Part shown: piece by piece, positions 18,446 to 27,554 of the stretch
How the letters are laid out: each line of letters begins with the position of its first letter
How positions within the stretch are numbered: the first letter of the stretch is position 1
Assembly (NCBI GenBank): GCA_036741875.1
Contig: DAINRM010000003.1
Coordinates: 6,683 to 70,682, forward strand
DNA length: 64,000 bases
From: Patescibacteria group bacterium
GTDB lineage: Bacteria > Patescibacteriota > Minisyncoccia > UBA6257 > HR35
Reading direction: 5' to 3'
Notes under the pieces: generated by a model
Databases searched by the model: none
What the model was told of the DNA's origin: nothing
What the model saw: only the letters and a program-made list of their open reading frames with translations
Translations under genes and position numbers: made by a program

Positions 18446-20183
18446 GGATAAAAAAATTTATCTAATTGCTAATATTATACCATTAATTACGTTGCCTCCC
18501 AACTCTCCTGATTACTTTACCTATTTTACCGAAAAGACTATAAATAAAGGAAACATTGTTGAAATTGATTTTAGAAAAAAGAAGGTTTTAGGTATTGTTT
18601 ATGAAATAAAAAGTTTAGAAAAGGTAAGAAAAGATATTTTAGAAATTTTACCTAAAATTAAAAAGGTTTTAAGGGTTGTTAAAGAAAAGAGTCTTATTGA
18701 CGAAGATGAGTTTGAATTTGCTAAATTCTTGTCTAATTATTTTGGTTTTTCCTATTCTTCTGTTTTTAATTTTTTTTTCTTTCCTTCAAAAAAATTTTTA
18801 GATTTAAATTTTGAAGAGATTAAACTAAAGAAAAAAAGAGATTTTAAGATTAATTTTTTTGAAAATTTGAACTCAAAAATATTAAGAAAAAAAAGAAGTT
18901 TAATCATTGTTCCTGAAAAAAGTTTTTCTAAAGAAGTTGAAGAGTTTTTAAAAAAAGAAGGTGTCTCTTATAAAATCTTCATTCCTCCATGGAGCAAAAA
19001 CAAAATTGAAGAAATTTCAAGGGAACTTATTGAGAATAAAAAAATTGCCTTAATTATTTCTAAAAATTTGATTTTTTTGCCCTGGAAAAATATAGATCAA
19101 ATAGTAGTTTATCGAGAAGGAAGTTTTTTCTACTATGACTCTTTTAAAAAAATAAATTTTGATTATCGAGAAATAATTAAAAAACTATCTGAAATAAAAA
19201 AAATCGAACTAACTTTTATAGATAAATTTCCTAGTTTAGAAAAAATAAAAGCTTTAAAAATAAAACCTTCATTAAATTTAAAATTCAATGTCTTAAACAG
19301 TTTAGATGAAGCCCTGCAAAGCATTAAAAATTTTTCAAGGGTTATTATCTTTCTTCCGCAAAAAATTTCTTCAGTAGTAAGATGCTTAAATTGTTTTAAT
19401 TTGCTTAAATGCCCCAAATGTGAAGGTAATCTTTTTTTTGACGAAGGAAAATTTTTTTGTTTTCAATGTCTTAAAGAAGTTAGATTAGAAAAAAATGAAT
19501 GTCCTTTTTGTTTAAAACCCCTAGAAATATCTTTTAAAAAAATAGGTGCTAGAGTTTTATATGAATATCTTAAAAAAAATTATCATGAGGTTTATTTAGT
19601 AGAAAAAAAAGGTAAAAAGTTTTTTGAAAATATTGAAAAAAAAGAAAGATTTATTCTTTTAGGAAGTTTAAGTTTAATTTCTGGTTATTTAAAAGAAGCT
19701 GATGTTTCTTATTTCTTTAATTTTGAAAATTTTTATCTCTCCTCGGATCCCTTTTTAAGAGAAAAGTATTTAAGAATTTTGAATTTTTTAAAGGAAAAAA
19801 CAAAAAGAGTATTTTTAATTTCTTCAATAAGAAATCCTGAATGGGAAAAGTCTTTTTTAGAAGGTGATTACATAGAAAAACTTCTTAAAGAAAGGGAACT
19901 TCTTCGGTTAAATCCTTTTTACAAAGTAATTAAGCTTATTAAAAGTTCAAGTAATTTTTATCTTCTTCAAAATAATATGGTTAAAATTTCTAAAGAACTT
20001 AAAGAAAAAATTAAAGGAAAGGATGTAGAAGTTTTAGGACCTATTTTTTCTAAACCTTATCGGATAAAAAAAAGATTTTTCTTAGAAATAATTCTCAGAA
20101 GTCAAAAAGAAGAAATAAAAATAAGAGAAATTGTAAAAGAGTATGGTTTTGAAAAAATTAAAATTAATCCTTTAGAGATTTAA
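18444..20183 (+). CDS. priA: Primosomal protein N' (PriA) homolog with degenerate helicase ATPase motifs
   Basis: PriA-like N-terminal 3'BD block (IYLIANIIPL...GNIVEIDFRKKKVLGIVYEI) and LIIVPEKSFSKEVEEF (PriA LVLVPEI block). Double Cys4 Zn finger CLNCFNLLKCPKCEG...CFQCLKEV...CPFC. C-terminal blocks ILLGSLS, NPFYKVIKLI, VLGPIFSKPYRIKKRFFLEIIL. Walker A GxGKT is absent and DEEH is replaced by YREG. Confidence 0.6.
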   Translation: MDKKIYLIANIIPLITLPPNSPDYFTYFTEKTINKGNIVEIDFRKKKVLGIVYEIKSLEKVRKDILEILPKIKKVLRVVKEKSLIDEDEFEFAKFLSNYFGFSYSSVFNFFFFPSKKFLDLNFEEIKLKKKRDFKINFFENLNSKILRKKRSLIIVPEKSFSKEVEEFLKKEGVSYKIFIPPWSKNKIEEISRELIENKKIALIISKNLIFLPWKNIDQIVVYREGSFFYYDSFKKINFDYREIIKKLSEIKKIELTFIDKFPSLEKIKALKIKPSLNLKFNVLNSLDEALQSIKNFSRVIIFLPQKISSVVRCLNCFNLLKCPKCEGNLFFDEGKFFCFQCLKEVRLEKNECPFCLKPLEISFKKIGARVLYEYLKKNYHEVYLVEKKGKKFFENIEKKERFILLGSLSLISGYLKEADVSYFFNFENFYLSSDPFLREKYLRILNFLKEKTKRVFLISSIRNPEWEKSFLEGDYIEKLLKERELLRLNPFYKVIKLIKSSSNFYLLQNNMVKISKELKEKIKGKDVEVLGPIFSKPYRIKKRFFLEIILRSQKEEIKIREIVKEYGFEKIKINPLEI

Positions 20184-20786
20184 TTTACTTTTAACCTCTT
20201 CCCAAATTCTTTTATGAACCTCTTTGACATTTCCTTCTCCATTAATTTCTTTTATTTCTCCTCTTTTTTTCAAAAAATTAATAGCGGGTAAAGTATACTT
20301 TTTAAAAAACTCAAGTCTTATTCTAATTTTTTCTTCTACATCTAAATTGTCTTCTCTTTTTCTTAAAAGAGCTCTTTTAAAAACTTCTTCTTCACTTATT
20401 TTGAGATAAATAAAAAGATAATTTAATTTTAACTTTTTAACTAGGTTAAGATAAGTTTTGGCTTCTTTGATGCTTCGAGGACCGCCTAAAATAATAAGGC
20501 TTTTTTTGTTATCTAAGTTTTTCTCTATTCTGTTTTTCATAAGATAAGAAACTAAATCAAAAGAAACAAGTCTTCCACTAAATCTATTTTCTTTTTCCTT
20601 TTTAATGTTAATATTTTTCTTCCCTACTTTTAAATAGTTCTTTTTATAACTTTTGAAAAATTCATCTAAAACCTCCGAAACATTTATTTTTTTAGCTTTA
20701 AGTTTTTTAGCTAAAAGTGAAGCTTGTGTATCTTTACCAGAAGCAGGTTCTCCTGTTAAAAAAACTACGATTTTTTTAAATTTCAT
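20172..20786 (-). CDS. adk: Adenylate kinase-like nucleoside monophosphate kinase (divergent; short, no recognisable LID insert)
   Basis: P-loop VVFLTGEPASGKDTQASLLAKKL (compare adenylate kinase GPPGAGKGTQA). Lies immediately after secY, the canonical adk position. Confidence 0.55.
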   Translation of the reverse strand: MKFKKIVVFLTGEPASGKDTQASLLAKKLKAKKINVSEVLDEFFKSYKKNYLKVGKKNINIKKEKENRFSGRLVSFDLVSYLMKNRIEKNLDNKKSLIILGGPRSIKEAKTYLNLVKKLKLNYLFIYLKISEEEVFKRALLRKREDNLDVEEKIRIRLEFFKKYTLPAINFLKKRGEIKEINGEGNVKEVHKRIWEEVKSKLNL

Positions 20787-22050
20787 ATCTTCTTAAGGAA
20801 ATTTCAGCTTCTACTTGTTTGATTGTTTCTAGGGCTACAGAAATTAAAATAAGAAGTGAGGTTCCTCCTATAGCTAAATATTGTGTTTGGGTAAGATAAG
20901 AAGTAAGGTAGGGTAAAATAGCTATAAAACCTAAAAATATACCACCAAAAAAATTTATTTTATTAATAGAGTCAGTTAAATATTTTTCGGTTTCTTTTCC
21001 TGGTCTAATTCCTGGAATAAAAACACCACTTCTTTGAAGATTTTTAGAAATTTCTTCTGGATTAAAAACTGTATGGGTGTAAAAATAAGTAAAGCCGAAA
21101 ACTAAGAAGAAATAAACAAAAATAAAAATAAAAGGATTATTTAAAATTTTAATTAATTCTCCAGCAAAATAATTCAAAAATTCCAATTTAAAAAGATATA
21201 AAAATTGAGCTAAAGTTTGTGGAAAAGCAATAAAAGCCAAAGCAAAGAAAATAGGAATCACGCCTGCTTGCGTTATTTTTAAAGGAAGATAAGTTGAAGC
21301 ACCACCATATATTCTTATTCCCGCTACTCTTTTAGGAGAAACAAGAGGTATTCTTTTTTCTGCTTCATTGATAAAAGTAACTAAAACTATTAAAGAAAAA
21401 GCTAGAATAAGAAAAGGTATGTAAATTAAGAATTTTTCATAAGTAAAGGTTGTAAAAAATAAAAATAATGAACCAGCAAGAGAAGAAATGATACCTGTAA
21501 AAACAATTAAAGAAATACCATTTCCAAGTTTTTGTTCAGTAATAAGTTCGCCAATCCACATAATAATAAGAGAGCCAACAGTCAAAATAAAAGCATCTCT
21601 CAAGATTTCAAAAAAAGATTCAAAAACAACTAAATTATTTAAACTTAAAAGGTTAAGAAAACCTATTCCTTGGATAAAGGAGATAACAGCAGTAAGATAT
21701 CTGGTATATTGATTTATTTTGTATCTTCCATATTCACCTTCTTCATGATAAAGTTTTTTAAGTTTAGGAACAACAGAAGTTAGAAGTTGAATAATAATTG
21801 AAGCAGTAATATAAGGGCTTACACCTAAAAGAGCTATAGAAGCATTAGCCAAAATACCTCCAGAAAAAATATTAAGAAGCCCTAAAAATTGGTTGGCTGA
21901 AAAAAGTTCTTTATATCTTTCTAAATCGACATCTGGTAGAGGAATATGAGCAAAAAATCTATAAATAAAAAGTAAAAGTAAGATAATCAAAAATCTTTTT
22001 CTAAGATCCTTTATTTTAAAAAGATTAACAAAAGCTTTAAAAAACTTCAT
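20776..22050 (-). CDS. secY: Preprotein translocase subunit SecY
   Basis: 424 aa, 10-TM. Sits at the end of the spc ribosomal operon after rplO. Confidence 0.9.
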   Translation of the reverse strand: MKFFKAFVNLFKIKDLRKRFLIILLLLFIYRFFAHIPLPDVDLERYKELFSANQFLGLLNIFSGGILANASIALLGVSPYITASIIIQLLTSVVPKLKKLYHEEGEYGRYKINQYTRYLTAVISFIQGIGFLNLLSLNNLVVFESFFEILRDAFILTVGSLIIMWIGELITEQKLGNGISLIVFTGIISSLAGSLFLFFTTFTYEKFLIYIPFLILAFSLIVLVTFINEAEKRIPLVSPKRVAGIRIYGGASTYLPLKITQAGVIPIFFALAFIAFPQTLAQFLYLFKLEFLNYFAGELIKILNNPFIFIFVYFFLVFGFTYFYTHTVFNPEEISKNLQRSGVFIPGIRPGKETEKYLTDSINKINFFGGIFLGFIAILPYLTSYLTQTQYLAIGGTSLLILISVALETIKQVEAEISLRRYEI

Positions 22051-22481
22051 CTTATCTCGCTTTGGCTTTTTTTAATTTCCTCTAAAGCTTTTTTAGAAAA
22101 AATTAATTCTTTAGAAAAAATTAATGGTTTTGTCAGTGTCCCCTTGCCTAAGATTTTGATTTTAAAGGTTTTCCAACTTTTAGGAATCTTAATTATTTTT
22201 CTTTCTTGAAGACTTTTAAAATCAACAAATTCTTTTTCCTTAAAACCCTTATCTATTTTTTCTAAATTAACTTCAATAATTTTTCTCTCAATTCTTTTGT
22301 TACCAACTCCTCGAAGTTTGGGGAATTTTAAAATAACATCTCTTAAAGCTGGTCTAATTTTAGCACCAGCTCGCGCTTTTTGTCCTTTTATTCCTCTTCC
22401 TGAATAATTTCCCCTTTTTCCGCCTCTACCGATTCTTTTGCTTTTCTTTAACTTAAAATTAATTTGATGTATTTGTACCAT
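22047..22481 (-). CDS. rplO: 50S ribosomal protein L15
   Basis: KRIGRGGKRGNYSGRGIKGQKARAG glycine/arginine-rich L15 N-terminus. Confidence 0.85.
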   Translation of the reverse strand: MVQIHQINFKLKKSKRIGRGGKRGNYSGRGIKGQKARAGAKIRPALRDVILKFPKLRGVGNKRIERKIIEVNLEKIDKGFKEKEFVDFKSLQERKIIKIPKSWKTFKIKILGKGTLTKPLIFSKELIFSKKALEEIKKSQSEIR

Positions 22482-22971
22482 TTTTTGTTTTAATTTTTAA
22501 TAAGTCTTTTAATTTTATCTTATTTTCATAAGTTTTTGACAGTTTTTCTAAAGCTTTAATAGTAGCTAAAGCATTAACAAGGTTATTTTTAGTAACTCCT
22601 AAAATTTTTGAAGAAACATCTGTATAGCCAGCTAGATAAAGAACAGATCTGACTACACTTCCAGCAATAAGTCCTTTACCGGGTTTAGCAGGTTTTATTA
22701 AAACTTTAGCACTTTTATATTTTGCTTCTACTTCAAAAGGAACAGTACCATTTACAATAGGAACTTTAACGAGACTCTTCATTGCTTCATTAACTGCTTT
22801 TCTTATAGCTTCGGAAGTATCATAACCCTTACCAATACCTAAACCTACCTCGCCATTTCGATTTCCTACAACAACAACTGCTCTAATTCTTAAAGTTTTA
22901 CCTCCTTCAGTTACTTTTGCTACCCTAGCTAAATCAATAACAATTTGTTCGTAACCAGATTTTTCAACCAT
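22459..22971 (-). CDS. rpsE: 30S ribosomal protein S5
   Basis: RVAKVTEGGKTLRIRAVVVVGNRNGEVGLGIGKG... is an S5 signature. Overlaps rplO by 23 nt, leaving no room for rpmD. Confidence 0.9.
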   Translation of the reverse strand: MVEKSGYEQIVIDLARVAKVTEGGKTLRIRAVVVVGNRNGEVGLGIGKGYDTSEAIRKAVNEAMKSLVKVPIVNGTVPFEVEAKYKSAKVLIKPAKPGKGLIAGSVVRSVLYLAGYTDVSSKILGVTKNNLVNALATIKALEKLSKTYENKIKLKDLLKIKTKNGTNTSN

Positions 22972-22975
22972 TAAT

Positions 22976-23332
22976 TTAAAATTCTATACCTTTTTCTCTT
23001 AATTTTTCGGCAAAAATTTTTATTCGACCTTTATAACTAAAACCACCTCTATCAAAAACAATTTTATTAATTTGTTTTTCTTTAAGCCTTTCAGCTAAAA
23101 TCTCAGCTAATTTAGAAATTTTTTCTTTTCGAGAAACTTTTAAATCTCTAAATTCTAAGGTAGAAGCAGAAACAAGCGTTCTTCCTTGAGTATCATCAAT
23201 AACTTGAGTATATAAATGATTATTTGATCTAAAAACGCTAAGTCTTGGTCTTTCCGGTGTTCCTGAAATTTTCTTTCTAATTCTTAAATGCCTTCTTATT
23301 CTTCTATCCTTTTTGCTTTCTTTTTTTTTCAT
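22976..23332 (-). CDS. rplR: 50S ribosomal protein L18
   Basis: Basic N-terminus RRIRRHLRIRKKISGTPERPRLSVFRSNNHLYTQVIDD is typical of L18. Confidence 0.85.
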   Translation of the reverse strand: MKKKESKKDRRIRRHLRIRKKISGTPERPRLSVFRSNNHLYTQVIDDTQGRTLVSASTLEFRDLKVSRKEKISKLAEILAERLKEKQINKIVFDRGGFSYKGRIKIFAEKLREKGIEF

Positions 23333-23333
23333 G

Positions 23334-23891
23334 TTACTTTCCTAATTTTTTAACTGGTTTAGTAGGAATAAATTCGCCCTCGTACATAAAACCCTTTAAG
23401 TGATATCTGTCTGCAGGTTTTAAAGCTTTTATTTTAGCAGCAAAATTGCCAACTTTCTCTTTTTCGATGCCCTTAATGTAAATTAAAAATCTTCCTTTTT
23501 CTCCTTTTACTTCTACTTCAAGATCTCGAGGAATTTCAATTGTCACTGGATGAGAAAAACCTAGCTTGAAAAAAATTTCCCTTCCTTTAACTTCAGCAAA
23601 ATAACCTAATCCTTGTAAAATAAGAGTCTTAACAAATCCTTGAGTAACTCCGATAATTTTATTTTGAAGCAATGCTCTCAATGTTCCCCAAAGAGCTCTT
23701 GTTTTTTTATCCAATTCATCAACTTTGGGAAGGATTTTAATTTCTCCATTTTCGAAAACTAAATTAAAAACATTTTTAGGATAAAGAAAATTTGTTTCTC
23801 CTTTAGGACCCCTTATTTTTAAAATGCCATCAATTTCTTCAATTTTAACTTCTTGAGGAATTTTAATTGGTTTTTTACCTATTTTTGACAT
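23334..23891 (-). CDS. rplF: 50S ribosomal protein L6
   Basis: MSKIGKKPIKIPQEVKIE... with two L6 domains. 185 aa. Confidence 0.9.
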   Translation of the reverse strand: MSKIGKKPIKIPQEVKIEEIDGILKIRGPKGETNFLYPKNVFNLVFENGEIKILPKVDELDKKTRALWGTLRALLQNKIIGVTQGFVKTLILQGLGYFAEVKGREIFFKLGFSHPVTIEIPRDLEVEVKGEKGRFLIYIKGIEKEKVGNFAAKIKALKPADRYHLKGFMYEGEFIPTKPVKKLGK

Positions 23892-24289
23892 TAATAAATT
23901 TCACAAATAACTTCGCCGCCTAATTTTCTTCTTTTAGCCTCAATATCGGTCATCACACCTCGAGAAGTAGAAATAATTCTAAAACCAAAACCACTTCTTA
24001 CTGGTTTAAAATCTCTATAACCCATATAAACTCTTCTTCCTGGTTTAGAAACTCTTACAAGATTTTCAATTAGAGGCTCACCGTTTTCGTCATACTTTAA
24101 AGTTAAAACTATAAATTTCTTGCCGTTTTCTTCTTTAACCTTAAAATCTTGGATAAGTTCTTTTTCTTTTAAAATTTTTGAAATAGCTAATTTCATCTTT
24201 GAATAAGGAACTTCAATCTTCTTTTTCTTCACGCGCAAAGCATTTCTAATTCTTGTTAAAAAGTCAGCTATCGGATCAGTCATTACCAT
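23891..24289 (-). CDS. rpsH: 30S ribosomal protein S8
   Basis: MVMTDPIADFLTRIRNA is a canonical S8 N-terminus. Confidence 0.9.
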   Translation of the reverse strand: MVMTDPIADFLTRIRNALRVKKKKIEVPYSKMKLAISKILKEKELIQDFKVKEENGKKFIVLTLKYDENGEPLIENLVRVSKPGRRVYMGYRDFKPVRSGFGFRIISTSRGVMTDIEAKRRKLGGEVICEIY

Positions 24290-24290
24290 T

Positions 24291-24476
24291 TTACCAACTT
24301 GCTTTTTTAAGCCCGGGAATTTCTCCCCGATGAGCCATTTCTCTTAAACAAATTCGACACAAATTAAAATCTCTAAAATAACCTCTTGTTCTTCCACAGC
24401 GAAAGCAAAAATTTCTTTTTCTTGTTTTAAATTTTGGTTCTTTTTTCCAACGCTCTATTTGTGCTTTGCTTGGCAT
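24291..24476 (-). CDS. rpsZ: 30S ribosomal protein S14 type Z (zinc-binding)
   Basis: 61 aa with [20 protein letters not shown] (Cys4). Confidence 0.9.
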   Translation of the reverse strand: MPSKAQIERWKKEPKFKTRKRNFCFRCGRTRGYFRDFNLCRICLREMAHRGEIPGLKKASW

Positions 24477-25027
24477 TATTTTTTAATAGGAAAACCTAAG
24501 ACCTCCCAAAGTTTTAGGTTTTCTTCTTTTGTTTTGCCCGAAGCGACTAAATTTACTTCAAAACCAAAGCTATATTTAATTTTATCAGAAATTGTCTCCG
24601 GAAAGACATTTGCCTCTTTAAGACCTAAATTAATGTTTCCCTTAACATCAAAATTTTTAGATGTTAAACCTTTAAAATCTTTAGCTCGAGGAAGAGCATA
24701 AGTCAAAAGCCTCTCTATAAAATCTAAAAGTCTCTTTTTTCTAAGAGTGACTAAAAGAGCTACAGGCATTCCTTTTCTTAACTTAAAACCAGCTACAGAT
24801 TTTTTAGCTAAAACAACTTTAGGTTTTTGACCGGTTATCATAGAAAGAATAAAACTGGCATCTTCAATAATTCTTTCTTTATTTTCCGGAGAATTAGCAA
24901 CCATTTTACCTATGCCAATTTGAACTATTCCTTTAACAGGTCTAGGCACCCTTAAATCATTTTCTATCTTAAGCTCTTCTTTAAGTTTGGGAATTATTTC
25001 TTTATAAAAACTTTCTTTTAAAGCCAT
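24476..25027 (-). CDS. rplE: 50S ribosomal protein L5
   Basis: 183 aa. [16 protein letters not shown]...[16 protein letters not shown] matches the L5 family. Confidence 0.9.
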   Translation of the reverse strand: MALKESFYKEIIPKLKEELKIENDLRVPRPVKGIVQIGIGKMVANSPENKERIIEDASFILSMITGQKPKVVLAKKSVAGFKLRKGMPVALLVTLRKKRLLDFIERLLTYALPRAKDFKGLTSKNFDVKGNINLGLKEANVFPETISDKIKYSFGFEVNLVASGKTKEENLKLWEVLGFPIKK

Positions 25028-25029
25028 TT

Positions 25030-25347
25030 TTAAATTGATTTATTACATTTTTTACAATATCTGACCTTCTTTTCTCTTTCAAACTTAAAACCTACTTTAG
25101 TAGGCTTTGAACATGATGGACAAATTAGTCTCACATTAGCCCAGGAAAGAGGAGCAGGTATTTCAACAATTTTTCCTTTTTCCCCAACTCTTTTAGGTTT
25201 AAGATGCTTTTTGACTAAATTAACTCCTTCAACAATAATTCTTGCCTCTTTAGGAATAACTTTAATCACTTTCCCTTTCTTTCCTTTATCTTTACCTTTC
25301 ACAATTAAAACTGTATCTCCTTTTTTTATTTTTTGCATTTTAAACAA
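25030..25347 (-). CDS. rplX: 50S ribosomal protein L24 (KOW), with a Cys4 zinc-ribbon-like C-terminus
   Basis: MQKIKKGDTVLIVKGKDKGKKGKVIKV KOW motif. C-terminus CPSCSKPTKVGFKFEREKKVRYCKKC. Confidence 0.85.
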   Translation of the reverse strand: MFKMQKIKKGDTVLIVKGKDKGKKGKVIKVIPKEARIIVEGVNLVKKHLKPKRVGEKGKIVEIPAPLSWANVRLICPSCSKPTKVGFKFEREKKVRYCKKCNKSI

Positions 25348-25708
25348 GTTCGACAGCTAAATTAGCGATCTTGTCATAACCTAATTCCTTAATTTCTCTT
25401 GGTATAGGACCAAAAATTCTTGTTCCATAAATATCTTTATCTCCTTTCAAAATCACACAAGCATTTTCCTCAAATCTTATATAAGTACCATCTTTTCTTT
25501 TAAAAGGTTTTTTCTGTCTAACTACCAAACATCTTACTACCATTCCTTTTTGAATTTCTCTTCTTGGCTCAGCTTCTTTGACAGAACAAGTAATAATATC
25601 ACCAATTTCTGCATAACGAGCATTTCCTTTACCAACAATACCAATACATTGAAGCTTGATAGCTCCAGAATTATCTGCACATTTTAAAATTGTTCTTCTT
25701 TGGATCAT
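25340..25708 (-). CDS. rplN: 50S ribosomal protein L14
   Basis: MIQRRTILKCADNSGA... is a canonical L14 start. Confidence 0.9.
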   Translation of the reverse strand: MIQRRTILKCADNSGAIKLQCIGIVGKGNARYAEIGDIITCSVKEAEPRREIQKGMVVRCLVVRQKKPFKRKDGTYIRFEENACVILKGDKDIYGTRIFGPIPREIKELGYDKIANLAVELV

Positions 25709-25950
25709 TTTTCTTCTTTTTTAATAATTTTTACTAAGCGCCACCTTTTAAGTTTAGAAATTGGTCTTGTTTCTTCAATTAAAACTACATCACCTTTACG
25801 AGATTCTTCTTTTTCGTCATGTACGTAATACTTGGTTCGATGACGATAATATTTTTTATAAAGAGGATGCTTTATTAAAGTCTCGCTGATAATCACTCTT
25901 GTTTTTTGCATCTTGTCTGAAATAACTTTACCAACAACTTTTTTTCTCAT
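25705..25950 (-). CDS. rpsQ: 30S ribosomal protein S17
   Basis: 81 aa. GKVISDKMQKTRVIISETLIKHPLYKKY is S17-like. Confidence 0.85.
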   Translation of the reverse strand: MRKKVVGKVISDKMQKTRVIISETLIKHPLYKKYYRHRTKYYVHDEKEESRKGDVVLIEETRPISKLKRWRLVKIIKKEEK

Positions 25951-26150
25951 TTTTGTCTTAGTTTTTCATTAATGACCGTAAGAACTCTAGCTAAATCTTT
26001 TCTTGCAAATTTTAAAAGATGTGGTTTATCTAATTTTTTCAAAACTTTCATCATTTTCAATTCTTGAATTTTCCTTCTTAACTCTTTTTCCAACTTTCTA
26101 AGTTCTTCGATTGTTTTTTCTCTAAGTTCTTTAGCTTTCATTTTATTCAC
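25947..26150 (-). CDS. rpmC: 50S ribosomal protein L29
   Basis: 67 aa. MKAKELREKTIEELRKLEKELRRKIQEL helical L29 pattern. Position between L16 and S17. Confidence 0.8.
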   Translation of the reverse strand: MNKMKAKELREKTIEELRKLEKELRRKIQELKMMKVLKKLDKPHLLKFARKDLARVLTVINEKLRQK

Positions 26151-26553
26151 TTACAATTTTTGTCCTTACCGAAAGTTTATGTTGGACCCTTTTAAGTAAG
26201 TTTTTAAGATCATCTTTAGGAAGACCAGCTACTTCAAACATTACTGTTCCTGGCTTAACAATAGCTACATAAGTTTCAACATCTCCTTTTCCGCCACCCA
26301 TCCTTACTTCAGGAGGTTTTTTAGTTTTTGGTTTATGAGGAAAAATTCTTAACCAATATCTTCCTTTTTTACCTAAACCCCTTTTAAGTTCGTTTATAGC
26401 TGCTTCAATTTCTTTAGCATCAACCATCTTTGTTTCCAAAGCTTTAAGACCCATTTCGCCAAAACTTAAAAGATGTCCTTTAGTAATAATTCTTCTCTTA
26501 AGAGATCTTCCTTTAAAAGCTTTTCGATACTTTAACTTTCTAGGCTGAAACAT
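26143..26553 (-). CDS. rplP: 50S ribosomal protein L16
   Basis: MFQPRKLKYRKAFKGR... is a canonical L16 start. Confidence 0.9.
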   Translation of the reverse strand: MFQPRKLKYRKAFKGRSLKRRIITKGHLLSFGEMGLKALETKMVDAKEIEAAINELKRGLGKKGRYWLRIFPHKPKTKKPPEVRMGGGKGDVETYVAIVKPGTVMFEVAGLPKDDLKNLLKRVQHKLSVRTKIVSE

Positions 26554-27223
26554 TTTCTAAATAACCCTTTTTATCGCCCCTATAAAGCCAAACTTTAACA
26601 CCATTAGTTCCATATTTTGTCATTATAACTTTAAAACCATAATCAATATCAGCTGTTAGTTTAGAAAGAGGAAGTTTGCCATAAGTAAGAGTTTCTTCTC
26701 TAGAAATATCAGCACCATCTATTCTACCTGAAACTTTTATTTTTATTCCTTGAATTTCTTTAATTTCCTTAACTTGGTTGAGAATATTTTTCATAGCTGT
26801 TCTTGTTTTAACACCTTTTTCAATTTGAATAGCTATTTGTTCAGCAAGATACTGAGCATAAAGATAAGGTTTTTTAACTTCAACAACATTAATATCAAGA
26901 GAAGGATAGGAAAGTTTTGTTTTTTGAAAGAAGGGTTTAAGTACTTTTTCTAATCTTTTATAAAGATTTTTTAAATTTTGTCCATCTTTACCAACAATAA
27001 TACCTGGTTTAGCAGCATAAATTTCAACTTTACATTGATCTAAACTTTTTCTTTCAATTATGACATCAATAATTCCATGGCGAGGAAACATATTTTCTAT
27101 TTCTTTTCTAATAAGATAGTCTGCTTGCAAAAAAATAGGATAATACTTACTAAAGAACCATCTCGATCTCCAATTTCTATTAATTCCTATTCTTAAAGCA
27201 TATGGTGGTACTTTATGACCCAT
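26540..27223 (-). CDS. rpsC: 30S ribosomal protein S3
   Basis: [23 protein letters not shown] is a canonical S3 start. KH domain present. Confidence 0.9.
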   Translation of the reverse strand: MGHKVPPYALRIGINRNWRSRWFFSKYYPIFLQADYLIRKEIENMFPRHGIIDVIIERKSLDQCKVEIYAAKPGIIVGKDGQNLKNLYKRLEKVLKPFFQKTKLSYPSLDINVVEVKKPYLYAQYLAEQIAIQIEKGVKTRTAMKNILNQVKEIKEIQGIKIKVSGRIDGADISREETLTYGKLPLSKLTADIDYGFKVIMTKYGTNGVKVWLYRGDKKGYLENVSA

Positions 27224-27554
27224 CTTTGGAAGCTAAGATAATTTCTATATGCGACGTTCGTTTTCTAATTAGACCAACTCTTCCTAAGGCTTTAAAACGA
27301 TATCTTTTATAAACAGGCCCTTTATTTACAGTAATATTTTTTATATAAAGCTTTTCTTTTGTTAAACCCTGATTCAAAGCATTAGTTATAGCTGATTTTA
27401 AAAGTTTTAAAATTGCCTTAGCTGCTTTTTTATTTCGAAAAAGAAGTTCTTTTTCAGCTCTTTCCACATCAAGACCTTTAACAATTTTAGCTACAAGCCT
27501 TACCTTTCTTGGCGACATTCTAAAATATTTTAAAACAGCTTTTACTTCTTTCAT
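27213..27554 (-). CDS. rplV: 50S ribosomal protein L22
   Basis: 113 aa. [23 protein letters not shown] is L22-like. Confidence 0.85.
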   Translation of the reverse strand: MKEVKAVLKYFRMSPRKVRLVAKIVKGLDVERAEKELLFRNKKAAKAILKLLKSAITNALNQGLTKEKLYIKNITVNKGPVYKRYRFKALGRVGLIRKRTSHIEIILASKDGS

